A stretch of DNA of 63,416 nt, filler included, from Reticulomyxa filosa (GCA_000512085.1; 21 parts of 21 records of this genome joined end to end with filler, not necessarily neighbours in it); one strand, 5' to 3'. Positions 51,641 to 63,416 are shown, numbered from the whole stretch's first letter. Notes: generated by a model not told the origin, from the letters alone. Program-made: numbers and translations.

Positions 51641-53257
51641 ATGAAAAAATCGATTTCTTTCAGCGTCGTAGCAGCTTCCGTTGCCTTCGCCTTTGGTGCT
51701 TCCGGCGCCGCATTTGCCGCCAAAGTACCGGCTGGCGTGAAACTGGACCCGAAACAGGAGCTGGTACGCAGCAACGGTTCCGAGCCGGAGTCCCTGGACA
51801 TCTCCCAGATCGAGACCACCACGGCCAACAACATCGCCCGTGACCTGTTCGAAGGCCTGACCGCTGTAGAAAACACCGGCAAGATCGTGCCGGGCGTGGC
51901 GGTTAGCTGGAAGCAGAAAGATCCGACTACCTGGATCTTCAACCTGCGCAAAGATGCCAAGTGGTCCAACGGCGACCCGGTGACCGCTGACGATTTCGTA
52001 TACTCCTGGCGTCGTACCGTGGATCCGAAGACCGCTACCAAGTACGGTCTGTTCCACGAATTCATCGCCAACGGCAAAGACATCATGGCTGGCAAAAAAC
52101 AGCCGTCCGAGCTGGGCATCAAGGCCATCGACAAGAACACCCTGGAAATCAAAACCGAGATCCCGGTAGCGTTCCTGCCCGACATGCTGGCCAACTCCAC
52201 CATGGCCCCGCTGCACAAGGCTTCCTTCGAGAAGTTCGGCAAAGATTTCACCAAGCCGGGTAACCTGGTGTCCAACGGCGCCTACGTGCTGAAAGACTGG
52301 ATCCCGAACAGCCGCATCGTACTGGAAAAGAACGCCAAGTACTGGGACGCCAAAAACACCGTCATCACCAAGGTGACCTTCGACCCGACCGAGAGCGAAG
52401 ACGCAGCCCTGAAGATGTACAAGGCCGGTCAGGTAGACATGACCCTGCGCATTCCGGCAGGTACTTTCCAGGCACTGAAGGCTGAAATGCCGAAAGAACT
52501 GAGCGCGCTGAAAAACATCGCGCTGTACTACTACGGTCTGAACAACAAAGATCCGCTGATGAAGGACAAGCGCGTACGTCAGGCGCTGTCCATGGTGGTT
52601 GACCGTGACATCCTGACCCAGAAAATCCTGGGTGAAGGCCAGGTGCCGGCTTACAGCCTGATGGTACCGGGCACTGCCGGTGCCGACGTGACCCCGTACG
52701 ACTGGTCCAAGTGGCCGATGGACAAACGCGTTGCCGAAGCCAAGAAACTGCTGGCTGCTGCTGGCGTGGCGCCGGGTACCCAGCTGAAGCTGATGTACAA
52801 CACCTCCGAGTCGCATAAACGCGTTGGTCTGTTCATTTCCTCCGAGTGGAAGACCAAACTGGGTCTGAACACCTCGATGGAAAACCAGGAATTCAAAGTC
52901 TTCCTGAAAACCCGTCACTCTGGCCAGTACCAGGTTGCACGTAACGGCTGGAACGCCGATTACAACGACGCCACTACCTTCCTGGACCTGGTGCGTTGCG
53001 ATAGCGACCAGAACGACCAGCAATACTGCAACAAGAAAGTGGACGAGCTGATTGCCCAGGGCAACCAGCAAACCGACCAGGCCAAGCGCAAAGCCCTGAT
53101 GACCCAGGCTTCCAAGCTGGCTATGGACGACTACCCGCTGATCCCGCTGTACCAGTACGTGCAAGCTCGTACCGTGAAGCCGTACGTTGGTGGCTACTTC
53201 ACTACCAACAGCTTTGACCGCTTCCGTACCAGCGACTTCTACATTATCAAGAAGTAA
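51641..53257 (+). CDS. oppA: Oligopeptide ABC transporter periplasmic binding protein
   Basis: Signal peptide ending AFA, KQELVRSNGSEPESLD, DLFEGL, WSNGDPVTADDFVYSWRR, VSNGAY and GWNADY. Confidence 0.96.
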   Translation: MKKSISFSVVAASVAFAFGASGAAFAAKVPAGVKLDPKQELVRSNGSEPESLDISQIETTTANNIARDLFEGLTAVENTGKIVPGVAVSWKQKDPTTWIFNLRKDAKWSNGDPVTADDFVYSWRRTVDPKTATKYGLFHEFIANGKDIMAGKKQPSELGIKAIDKNTLEIKTEIPVAFLPDMLANSTMAPLHKASFEKFGKDFTKPGNLVSNGAYVLKDWIPNSRIVLEKNAKYWDAKNTVITKVTFDPTESEDAALKMYKAGQVDMTLRIPAGTFQALKAEMPKELSALKNIALYYYGLNNKDPLMKDKRVRQALSMVVDRDILTQKILGEGQVPAYSLMVPGTAGADVTPYDWSKWPMDKRVAEAKKLLAAAGVAPGTQLKLMYNTSESHKRVGLFISSEWKTKLGLNTSMENQEFKVFLKTRHSGQYQVARNGWNADYNDATTFLDLVRCDSDQNDQQYCNKKVDELIAQGNQQTDQAKRKALMTQASKLAMDDYPLIPLYQYVQARTVKPYVGGYFTTNSFDRFRTSDFYIIKK

Positions 53258-53266
53258 TTAGTCGAC

Positions 53267-53304
53267 AGCCCGCCGTGGTCCACTCCGGTGGCCGGGCGGG
53301 TTTT
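53267..53304 (+). terminator. Intercistronic hairpin / partial rho-independent terminator after oppA
   Basis: agcccgcc...ggcgggtt stem followed by TTTT. A second perfect 10-bp stem lies at 53343-53367. Confidence 0.65.
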
Positions 53305-53433
53305 CACTATGCACTTGGCGCTTTACCGTGCCTACGGCAGCCTCCGGGCAGTTATCCACTGCCCGGATTGCTTTATGTAGCGCCTACCTCGTCATAGAGC
53401 ATGCGCATGTTCTAGGTACATGGAGTTTTTCCG

Positions 53434-53911
53434 ATGTGGTCTTACGTAATCAAGCGTGTTTTTGGCGCCATCCCGACGGTGTTTGCCGTGGTGACGCTCT
53501 GTTTCATCATGCTCCAGCTCGCCCCCGGCGGCCCTTTTGACGGCGAAAAGAAAATCGCCCCCGAGGTGCTGGCCAACCTGGAAGCCAAATATCACCTGAA
53601 TGAGCCGCTGCACGTGCAGTTCGGCTATTACATCAATAACTTGCTGCATGGCGACCTGGGCGCGTCCTTCCGCTATGCAGACTGGTCGGTCAACCAGCTG
53701 GTGGCCCAGGCGCTGCCGAAGTCGGCCGCCATCGGTGGTTCGGCACTGCTGATTGCCGTGGTGCTGGGTATCACGCTGGGTGTCATTGCCGCCCTGCGCC
53801 AGAACAGCATCGCCGACTACTTCGTGATGTTCCTGGGTAACTTCGGCCATGCTGTGCCGTCGTTCGTGACCGGCCCGATCCTGATCCTGTTCTTCGCGCT
53901 GTGGATGAAAG
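53434..53911 (+). CDS. oppB: Oligopeptide ABC transporter permease (3'-truncated)
   Basis: YVIKR...IPT...LAPGGPF, YHLNEPL, GDLGASF, LGVIAALRQNS and PSFV. Confidence 0.95.
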
Positions 53912-54011
53912 NNNNNNNNNNNNNNNNNNNNNNNNNNNNNNNNNNNNNNNNNNNNTTAATTAATTAANNNNNNNNNNNNNNNNNNNNNNNNNNNNNNNNN
54001 NNNNNNNNNNN

Positions 54012-55257
54012 GTTAATGTCTTCATAATCATCATAATTCACTTCTTCTTCTTCTTCTTTTTCTTTACCTTTACTATTGTTATTGTTTTTGCTCTTTTGCT
54101 TCAAAAGACGACCCAAATGAAACGAGGTAGTCTTTCTCCCTGCTATTGTTGTCTTCGTTGTCGTTGTTGTCGTTGTCGTTGTCGTTGTTGTTGTCTTTGT
54201 TGTTATTGTTGTTGCTGCTGCGACTGTCGTGGTGATTGTCGTGCGTGTATGTTTTGCGCAGACCTCCTTTGCAAACACATCCAACAAAAACGTAGCCGAC
54301 TTCAGAAGCATCGCCAAACAAGGGGACGATTGAAAGTCCGGGTCCTTGAGCATGATAAAAAAACACGACATAATCTTGAATTTGTGAACGTGCTGATATT
54401 GCAATGATCTCACCAAGGCGCGCAACGCTTGCGAGCGCACGTCGCAGTTGCGATGCAACAACCACTTGCCGATGAACTTGCCCGACACCGAACAGTTTTC
54501 TTTAGAGTTGTCCCACAACCTGTGGCAATGCAGATGCGGTGCCAAACGCAGACAGCATATCAAAAAGTCCAAATGAATGTCCGAAAACACCAAGAACATT
54601 TGCTCCGTCGGCAAACCCACGCCCGTGTTCCAGTCCAAATACAGCAGCTTTCTCACATGCTGGCGAAACATTTGTCGTTCGGTTTGCGCCATGCACGTGC
54701 GTCGCAAGGCCTTGTCCAAGGTCTCGTGATCGTTTTCATAATGTCCATCGTCCAGGATATGCAATGTGGATTGCTCATTCACCGCATCTCCAATTGTCAA
54801 CAACTGCTTCAAAATGGGATTGTGCTTGACCATCTGCTGAAACAAGGACTCTATTACCGGATGCGCCTTCAACGCCTCAAAGCGCGCTTCCATCTGCTCC
54901 ACCGACTGCTTTTCGTCCTCGCATCTTTGCAGGAGATGCTCCTTGAACATGCATTCGGGCACGCACAAGATGTTCAACGTGTATGCCACCAAAAACAATC
55001 GCTCGATGGACTCGTTCTTTGCAGTCTCGATAAACTCTTGAATCACTTTTTCCATGAGTGAGAAGTTGATGAACGCCATTTGCACCATGCCTAAGCACAG
55101 CAAGTGCATTATATGTGCTTCCACAGCGTTCTTTGAGTTCAGAGTCCGAGTTGGTCGGAACAGCTTTTTGCGAATAGTTTCATAGATTTCGTTGGGAACA
55201 TCCATTTTTATTCGAGCGTATGCTTGTTCAAATCGATTCATTCCATTGCCATTGCCA

Positions 55258-55324
<67 letters not shown>

Positions 55325-55613
55325 TGTCATTGCTACTATTCCATTGAGGCTTTGATTCCAATTGCAAACTCATTTCGTCCCATTGACTCCCTCCTCCTCG
55401 CAAAAAGTGCAACAAATCCGAAACACAGCGCGGACTCACACGCTTGTTTCCAAATTTAAAGTCGACGCATTCCGAAATCCACTTCTTCAAATCTACCGAG
55501 TGACCCCCGCGCAAGAGCTCAGTATTTTGCCATCGCGTTTTGGCCGACAGCAGCGCGTCCGTGTTCTTCCCCAAGTCGTCCAAGCATTCCTTCGTTTGTT
55601 GCAGGCACTCGCT
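54012..55613 (-). CDS. Hypothetical alpha-helical (HEAT-like) protein, internal fragment
   Basis: Open frame of more than 500 aa across the whole contig, HEAT-like LLHRNCDVRSQALRAL, and poly-Asn and poly-Thr inserts. Confidence 0.6.
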
Positions 55614-55713
55614 NNNNNNNNNNNNNNNNNNNNNNNNNNNNNNNNNNNNNNNNNNNNTTAATTAATTAANNNNNNNNNNNNNNNNNNNNNNNNNNNNNNN
55701 NNNNNNNNNNNNN

Positions 55714-56184
55714 CTGTCTTTATCTTTCTCTCGATCTCGATCTTTCATTCTTTCTCTTTCTTTATCTCGTTCCCGTTCCCTTTCTCTTTCCCGTTCCCGC
55801 TCGCGTTTTTCATCCTTCTCTTTTGTTTTATTTTTTCTACTGCTTTCTTTTTCTTTCGCTCTGACTATTTTTTTTTTGTTTTATTTCATTTTTTTTTTTT
55901 TTTTTTGTTTTTGTTTGTTGTGTATCTTTTATGTGTGTGTGTGTGTTCCCCTTTTTTTTTTTTTTTTTTTTTGTCTATGTCGGATTTTTTTTCTATCTCC
56001 TATCTCTATCTCTATCTCTCTCTAAGTCCCACCATCCACAAACACACATCTTTCTTCCTGCCCCCTTCTTCTTCTTCTTCTTCTTTTCCTCTACTTCTCT
56101 CCTCACATCCCCTCCCCATTTTTGCAACTTGACATCTTTGGCTGGGTGTCTTGCCGCGTTATTGTGCGAATCATGATCGCTCAT
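55714..56184 (-). CDS. RE/RD-dipeptide-rich protein, 5' fragment
   Basis: MSDHDSHNNAARHPAKD, then after an intron ...KDEKRERERERERERERDKERERMKDRDREKDKD to the contig end. Confidence 0.45.
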
Positions 56185-56511
56185 TTTTTTTTTTTTTTTC
56201 TCTCGCGATGCTACTTCGATTTGTTGGAAGCCGAGGGAGGAAACACACAACACATACACAATCTTTCGTGCTGTCACTTGTGATACACGCAAAAAAAAAA
56301 AAAATGCACAAATAAAACTTTGTTGTCTTCTGTTTGTAATAATATGTATTTCACTTATGGCCAAATTCAAGCTTTGATGAAAGGGGGCGAACAAAGGAAG
56401 ATGGAAAAAAAAGTGCTTCTTGTTTTTTGCTGTCAAGTATTGGACAAATTTGCATGCGCCGTTTGAGGAAACTTTCAACAGGCTGCCCAAAGAACAAAAA
56501 GAAAATTGTAA

Positions 56512-56718
56512 TGGAATACGCTAGGTAAAACAAGCTAGCTTTGGAAAAGTCTTGTCATATCAAAAAAAATGACCACTTAAATGAACAAAGGTAGCAATCA
56601 ATGATATTAAATCATTTTTTATTAAGATTTATAACAGTTAATTGAAATCGTCATTGTATTGCTTCATTTTGTCATGTTTAAAAAAAACAAGCAGCTTCCG
56701 TCCGACAAAGTGAAAAAG
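56512..56718. repeat. About 200-bp direct repeat, copy 1 (copy 2 at 58990-59195)
   Basis: Both copies share tggaatacgcta...tagctttggaaaagtcttgtcatatcaaaaaaaat...acttaaatgaacaaag...caatcaatgatattaaatcatttttt...aagcagc. Confidence 0.85.
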
Positions 56719-56812
56719 GTTTTTTTTTTTCTTTCTTTATGTATTGCGCTGATTGTCTTTGTATTACTTTGGACTAAACTGAAAAATATGAACCTGTTGA
56801 AAGGGTGCTAAG

Positions 56813-58455
56813 ATGAGTGACGGTTGTGAGTCTGATTCACGTGAATCAAAGCTGCAGCAGTTCAAGCAAATAACGGATGTGAAGAATGATGACACAGCCA
56901 TTGGATATTTGGATAGAAGTAATTGGAATTGTGACTTGGCAATTACATCATGGTACGAAAATAAGAATAGCGAAGGAGTTGATGTGACCCAAGTGAAGAA
57001 TTCATCAGGTGGTCAATGGGTCCTCGATTTTTGTATGCAAGTGCCAGGCATCCGTCAAGTGCAAAGTTTAACAGGTTTGAGATGTATTTATTATATTTGA
57101 AAAATGATGAATGATTTATGAAAATAAAAAAGGATCGTTATCATCTGTGTTGACAACAAACATATTTGGATCAACACGGAAGTCGTGGTGGGGAACATTG
57201 AAGGATTACAAAGTGTGTTATAACGATTTTATACGACAATATGGCGATGACTTTACATATGTATTCAATTCGCAACGCTTTGCCAAAGTATTGTCAACTG
57301 CAAAGACAACAGAAACCTGTATCATGATCTATTTTCACACGCATCACGAAGGCAAGACTCACTTACAACTCAATGATCGCTCGCAACTCACTCCGTGCGA
57401 GTCCTTTATTGCCAATATTCTCATGGACGCTCAAGTCAAAGATTATCTCGTTAACAATCTCATATCTTGGCTTGCCGATTTAAGACATATCGATACGTTT
57501 CGCTTACTTAAACAAGTTAGTTTATCTTTGCATTGAAAAGAGTATGTAATATGTTATATATATATGTATATATATATATATTAGAAAAAATGATAAACTT
57601 GGAAATCTCTGGAAATTTCAGGTCCAAAAAAAAAAATAGATGGAAACAACTGTTGGAAATGAACGTGGAAAAAAGAATCTCAGTAACGGACTTCCATTTG
57701 TGGCAATCATGTCAATACATCCAGAAAATAACAATTTGATAGTATGGGAATATGTACAAATACACGAAGAGATGACTCCAACAGAGTTCATTGGCAATGT
57801 ATTAGACAGCAATATACAACAATGGGAGCAATTCAAGTTCGATCTGCTTGCGCAGCGCGAAGAACAAGCTGCTTCCAGGTTTTGTGTATTTTTCTCAAAA
57901 AAAAAAAAAAATCAAATAATTGGTTTTGATGGGATATATGATATGATAATATAATAACAAAGAAAACTGCGGGAACAACAAGAAATTGAATACGAGGAAG
58001 CACTTGTGAAGGAACTCTCAAAAGAGGAAGAAAAACTTTGGATGAATGAATTGAATGAATTAAACAACGACGAAAAACAACAAGAAAAAGATCAGATCGA
58101 TGATGTTGATAAAATCAATAGTCAAATAAGGATTGAAAATGCCAAAACCAAGTTAAAACCTGAACCCATTGCCATGAACATGGACTCTTCCAAAGACAAA
58201 GCATTAATTGTCAAAATACGAATAAATTTGCCCGATGGAAGAAACTTGGAACGACAGTTTCATTGTAATGATAAAATGGAACAAATCTTTTACTTTATTG
58301 AAAGTCAAGAATTAAAAAATACTCAAGGAGATATCATTGACAAATGGGAACTCATTCGCAATTTTCCAAAAATACAAAAATTTTACAATCCCAATTTGAC
58401 TTTAGCTGAGTCTGGAATTACTCATGCCATCAAATTGTTTGTTCAACAAGTCTAA
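56813..58455 (+). CDS. UBX domain protein (UBA-UAS-coiled coil-UBX, FAF2-like; 3 introns)
   Basis: UBA-like KLQQFKQIT...AIGYLDRSNWNCDLAI, UAS-like IMIYFH, RKLREQQEIEYEEAL, and UBX IRINLPDGRNLERQF...RNFPK...TLAESG..LFVQ. Confidence 0.9.
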
Positions 58456-58989
58456 GCTTGTTGTCTTTTTTTCAGATTCCAATGTTTTTTACTATTACTT
58501 CATTTGTATCAAATCTGTTATTCCCAAATTATCACTTAATCATATAATTTCATCTGAAAGTATGTTTTTTTATACAATTACATGGGTAATAGTACCAAAA
58601 GTATCTTGTCGGTGTCGAATATGACATGCTACGATGTGGCTTATTAAAAAATTTTTGTTGTTTACAATAAATATTTCTTCTAAAAAATATGATCAAAACA
58701 AATAATATTGCTAACAATCAATATATTTCATATAGACTAAAAAAATTAATCAGCTGAATGTAGCAATATTTAATTTTCACATAAAAAAACAAATAATCAA
58801 TTATATATAATATACAAAGATAGTCAATTATATAATTTTAAAAAAACTTTTTTTATGTTGTAATGGTATCTCTTTTATATTATAATAATTATTGTTCGAT
58901 TCCCACCCATACATAAATTATAAATTTTTTAAAATATTTTTTTTTTATAAAGTGTAATTTTTAGATAAAAAGTAATTATTATTTTTTTG

Positions 58990-59195
58990 TGGAATACGCT
59001 AATTTAAAGCAAGTTAGCTTTGGAAAAGTCTTGTCATATCAAAAAAAATAGATACTTAAATGAACAAAGATATCAATCAATGATATTAAATCATTTTTTT
59101 TTTTTTTTTTAAAGAGTTATAACAAGTTAGTTGAAATAATCATTGTCTTAAAAAAAAAAATAAGCAGCATCAATCTGACAAAATTAAAAAAAAGA
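58990..59195. repeat. About 200-bp direct repeat, copy 2
   Basis: Collinear with 56512-56718. Confidence 0.85.
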
Positions 59196-59301
59196 TTTTA
59201 ACAGCTTGAATCTGTTTAATAGTTGTTTGATTCAAATGATTTTGCAAGATATCCATCATCAACAAACATCAAATGAAAAACAAGACAATAGAGGAAAAAG
59301 C

Positions 59302-59658
59302 TTATTCTTTGTCTACAGCAATTAGTGGATGTTTTCTTTGCTGTAGAGTAGCAAAATCTTCAGAATAAAATAATTGATCAAATAATCTCACATTACTTTG
59401 TGGTGGATTTACAATTTCTTTGAAATTTCCATTCAGCTGTGCCACAGAGAGTAATATCAATAATAGTCCTACTAAACATTCAGCAATAATATCCATTGGG
59501 ACTTTGGAGAAAGTATTATCCGATTGAGCGCCACTTGCACCACTTGCTTCCGTATGGATTGATACAAAGTGTTTGAACTGCAGCATTCCCATTGAACTGT
59601 GAACACCTAATAGTATACCAGTTAATAATATCAAAGATCCTGTCAATTTTGAAATCAT
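59302..59658 (-). CDS. EMC5: ER membrane protein complex subunit 5 / membrane magnesium transporter
   Basis: Two TMs with H-S in TM1, VPMDIIAE, G.FKEI and FD......DF.....R, as in MMGT1/EMC5. Confidence 0.8.
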   Translation of the reverse strand: MISKLTGSLILLTGILLGVHSSMGMLQFKHFVSIHTEASGASGAQSDNTFSKVPMDIIAECLVGLLLILLSVAQLNGNFKEIVNPPQSNVRLFDQLFYSEDFATLQQRKHPLIAVDKE

Positions 59659-60151
59659 TGAAGTAAGAGAATTCTAGTTAATATGTCCAAAAAAAAAAAT
59701 TAATTATTAATGATGCAATGGTTGAGCTTTTTTTGTTTGACATTTTACATGCTTTTAGGGATAAAAATTACTTTACTCTATAGCAAATTTTTGTTTAAAA
59801 AAAAATTGTATTTCTGGTAAGAAGGTATAGATATCCCTCTAAACAATGTATTTTTGTTTGGAAATGAGACTACATTTTTCTATTTCACCACAAGCTGCTT
59901 CCCAGTTTCTAAGTAAGGAAATTTTTTTTTAAAAAAAAACAAACTCTTTTCTCTTAAAATGTCGAGAGATGCAAAAGAATTGATAACATTACAAGATGAA
60001 ATATTGGGATTAGTATATGATATAAGTTAAGTTTGAATATATATGTATATATATTTATTATGTGAAAAAAAATGAAATAAAATAAATAAATAGCAATTGA
60101 ATCACAAAAACAAATATTAAAAAATGGAAAGAATCGACAAAAAAAAACAAC

Positions 60152-60182
<31 letters not shown>

Positions 60183-60320
60183 NNNNNNNNNNNNNNNNNN
60201 NNNNNNNNNNNNNNNNNNNNNNNNNNTTAATTAATTAANNNNNNNNNNNNNNNNNNNNNNNNNNNNNNNNNNNNNNNNNNNNTTGTTTCTATCCAATATT
60301 TTTTTTTTTCCTTCTCTTTG

Positions 60321-60554
60321 TCAATACACAAAATAACAAAAACTTCCTTTCTCATTTTCATACATGCACACACAAGTACATAAATATAACACCATTTGTT
60401 TTAATTTCTGTTGGCCCCAGTGACTGTTGGCAACTGTTGTTCCATAGGTGGAGTTTCTTAACGGAAACGGTGTACTTGCTTGATTGCTTTTCGTGTTTTT
60501 GGCGAGATCTGTGTTCACTAGAGGAAGACCGACTTGAGATATGGGATTATACAT
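60321..60554 (-). CDS. First exon of a hypothetical protein
   Basis: ATG after an A-rich leader, MYNPISQVGLP...KLKQM, then a GT donor. Confidence 0.4.
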   Translation of the reverse strand: MYNPISQVGLPLVNTDLAKNTKSNQASTPFPLRNSTYGTTVANSHWGQQKLKQMVLYLCTCVCMYENEKGSFCYFVY

Positions 60555-62495
60555 TTTTGTTTCAACTGTTGATCACTAAATTTTGGTGCTGCTTTTTTTT
60601 TTTTTTTTGAAGCTAAAAACCCAGAAAAAAAACAAAACGTGGACAACATTCCTGCTTAAGTTTCTTTTTTTAGATCTGAAAATAGTGCGAGAATAAATCA
60701 AAAATTGCACGACATTGAAAAGAAATTTACTTCGCTCTATACAAAGTTAAAAAGCAGATAGTTTAATATAATTTATTTCACAAAATAAAGAGTTTCAAAT
60801 TTTTACATCAATTTTAACAGAAAGATTAATACATTTGGGTCTACCAACTTCTGACATTATGCAGAAGTGGCTGTCTTATTGAGCGAATAATGTTTATCGA
60901 AAAATAAAAATGTACAGTTTTTGATTATTTTTGAATTGCTAAGTTATGACACAACGTTGAGATAACTTATGCTCCTTTTTCCAACAGAAAAAACTTAAAA
61001 CTTTTCAAAATGTTATTTTTCATAAAGAAAATCAATATCTCAACAAGATGCCGTTTTAGGTTTCAACTATATAAAAATTGAATCGTTTCATCGTCGTAAT
61101 ATAACACAATTAGTTAACTTCTTTTTTTATAACATCCAAGATTGTGGATTTTAATGAAAATGTTGAGTTATTTATTTAAACTATCACTTGTTAACAACAC
61201 AGTTACTGAAATTATCAACTTTCTTCATAAAAGAAAGCTTCAAAATAGCACAACAAATGTACCAACTGTCCAAATCTAAATATTTGCTTACTTGCAAAGT
61301 ACAATAATATCATAAATACGCAATTAAACTTTGTATTTTTTTACAAAACATATTGTACAACTCCAGCAATGACTTAGTTTATTATATAACTTTATTGGAT
61401 TCCACAGTTATCTTATCATCGAACCAACTGACTAAATAATTAACTTATTCGACATTACAAAAATAATACTGCATTGCATATTTCCATTCGATATGTTGTT
61501 TATACATTAATTTTTGTTTTTCGTCGTTGTTTATATGTATTTTTCATATGTTTTTACACCAAATACATAATTTTGTTTACAGGTGCTGCCACGTTAAGTG
61601 ACATGCTCTTAGTCAATTGCATGCATTTTCTAGTAATTTCTACGATATTATCACAATCTTATTTTTTCATGTATTGACTAGATTTGGATAGTCAATTTTG
61701 TTTTTTTAAGACAGTTGCACGTACATTACATTGACCTTTTTTGGGTTGCGCTGTTGTGTCAAAAGTCAACACGTACGTTGTGATAACAGGCGTTGACAAC
61801 ACTATTGTCGGATAGCTAATAGCTAATAATTATGTTTTTTTGAGATCTGAAATTGAATTTACTATGTTCAAGATTGACCAGTTAAAAACGAAATTTGCTC
61901 TTATTAGCGTCTTTTTTAAAATTCTTCAAGGACAGCTCAGTTTGTATTTCACTTTGGCTTGCACTTCTTTGTATCTTTTTTCTTCAAACACGTCTATCTG
62001 TTCATGTCTTTGAAGAAAATAATGTTAACAAAAACAAAAAAGTACTAGTCAATGTATTATAACCTTTGGCCATTTTTATAAGTAGTGTATGTTTTGATTT
62101 TTGTTTTTCATGAATTTAAAAAAGTCAATGTAGAAAGCGCTAGAGGCTGAAGAGTATTAAATGGCACTAGTCCAAAGACCAAAGCTTTCTTGTGTGTTAT
62201 AATTTCAATATTAAAAAAATATGAAATTAATATAAAGTTATTAGTACAAATCAAGCAAACCCACTAAATTACATGAATACAATACAATGATCAAAAACTC
62301 AACAGTTCTTAAATTTATGACGCAATATCCTTTGGTTGATATGACATTAATGTGCCAAAGGGAAAAGGCATGCAAGCGTGATAATTTTTGCGAATTGAAG
62401 AAAATTGTAAAACAACTGTTCTTTTTTGTTTGTGCTTCCTTTACTTTAATTCAATTAATGCAAAAGATTGGGATTGTATTCCATCTGGTTCTCCA

Positions 62496-63385
62496 ATGTC
62501 TTCAAGAAGATCCAATCTTCACTATTTTTGCATTGGTTTGGGTATAATTGTTTTGCTATTTGCACTTATTGAAGCGTTTTACTCTTTTGGAGATTCGGAT
62601 GACAAGACTAGTTTCGCCGAACATACTACTCCACTTTTCATTCCGCTAGAAGAACAGCCAGCAAATAGGATACGTGGTCCCAACATAGTATTTATCCTCA
62701 CAGACGACCAGGTTTTTAAAAAAATCCAAAACATTCTAAGTGCAGATGTATAAACAACAATGAGACAAAAGAGCTGCACTCCGTATAAAAAAGAAAAACA
62801 TGTAATTAATACAACTGACATACATGCTATTTTTTTTTTTTTTTTTAAATAGGATATAGTGTTGGATGGTATGTCATCAATGAAAAAAACCCTGTCATTA
62901 TTGGCGAAACAGGGGATGACATTTAGCAATGCATTTGTGACCAATCCAGTATGTTGTCCTTCGAGAGCGTCGATATTGACAGGATTGTATCCACATAATA
63001 CAAAAGTGTATAACAACAGCCGGAGACCCTGGAATGGTGGTTGTCACCCTTTTCGTTTTATGTCGTTCATTGAGCAATACAGTTATCAGCGCTTCTTACA
63101 TCAATCCAACTACACCCCAGTGTTAAAGAAAACCTCGAAAGAAATGGACGAATATCGAACGCTTATCAGAGCTGTGGAACAGCATCAAGATCGCTCTCAC
63201 CTCTTTCAAAGGGAGTCGTTTAATACAAAGTTGCATAAGCATTCCAAGCATTGCGAAAACAACGACGGTATTGAATACATGACATTCCACGCGGGCAAGT
63301 ATAACAATGAGTATTGTTGCTACGTACCACCAGGTTTGCAAACTGGACCTATCCACAAATTAAACACGGACATTTGTAAAGAACC

Positions 63386-63416
<31 letters not shown>
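62496..63416 (+). CDS. Sulfatase, N-acetylglucosamine-6-sulfatase-like (intron 62712-62852; 3'-truncated)
   Basis: N-terminal TM/signal, [11 protein letters not shown]|D, formylglycine motif [15 protein letters not shown] and [11 protein letters not shown]...VPP. Confidence 0.92.

Larger units (their letters stand above)
51308..53911. other. Bacterial contig (GC-rich, proteobacterial-type), likely a culture contaminant or associate
   Basis: Abrupt shift to GC-rich sequence, strong GC3 codon bias, Shine-Dalgarno sites, operon layout and no introns. Confidence 0.95.

Noticed and set aside
51602-53164. 520-aa minus-strand ORF
   Set aside because: Antisense shadow of oppA caused by GC3 codon bias; no recognisable motifs.
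1414-60282. Recurrent TTAATTAATTAA between N-runs as a CRISPR-like or biological repeat
   Set aside because: Fixed 100-nt format with stops in all six frames: an assembly concatenation linker.
1-63416. Multi-gene system spanning contigs (for example NLR plus opp plus sulfatase)
   Set aside because: The contigs are joined arbitrarily, so adjacency across linkers carries no information.

Overview
This window is not one locus. It is 21 short, unrelated contigs joined by 20 artificial 100-nt linkers (N44-TTAATTAATTAA-N44, which puts stops in all six frames), so gene neighbourhood only has meaning inside a contig. Twenty contigs are AT-rich eukaryotic DNA with spliceosomal introns, homopolymer runs, microsatellites and many pseudogenes. 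The gene families, especially the 'EIQIIIENWLRILKIKQGWINDFDKII' WD40 N-terminus and the NACHT-WD40 expansion, suggest a rhizarian foraminifer such as Reticulomyxa (inference). One contig (51308-53911) is GC-rich bacterial DNA carrying oppA-oppB. Recognisable genes: transportin-1, a PUF protein, a DTD2/ATD-like deacylase, two SDRs, TMEM230, an RNASEK-like protein, a deoxynucleoside kinase, SCYL2, a divergent actin, a TLDc protein, a UBX protein, EMC5 and a sulfatase, plus a decayed Tc1 transposon. The most notable item is an NLR-like STAND gene (about 13828-19215). Its N-terminus holds a Cys4 zinc module and a RelA/SpoT-type (alarmone synthetase-like) nucleotidyltransferase, fused to a NACHT-like NTPase, pentapeptide repeats and 14 highly similar WD40 repeats. 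It is a candidate protist immune receptor with a nucleotide-signal or toxin effector, and decayed paralogs occur elsewhere in the window. All family calls are from motif recognition by eye; no searches were run.
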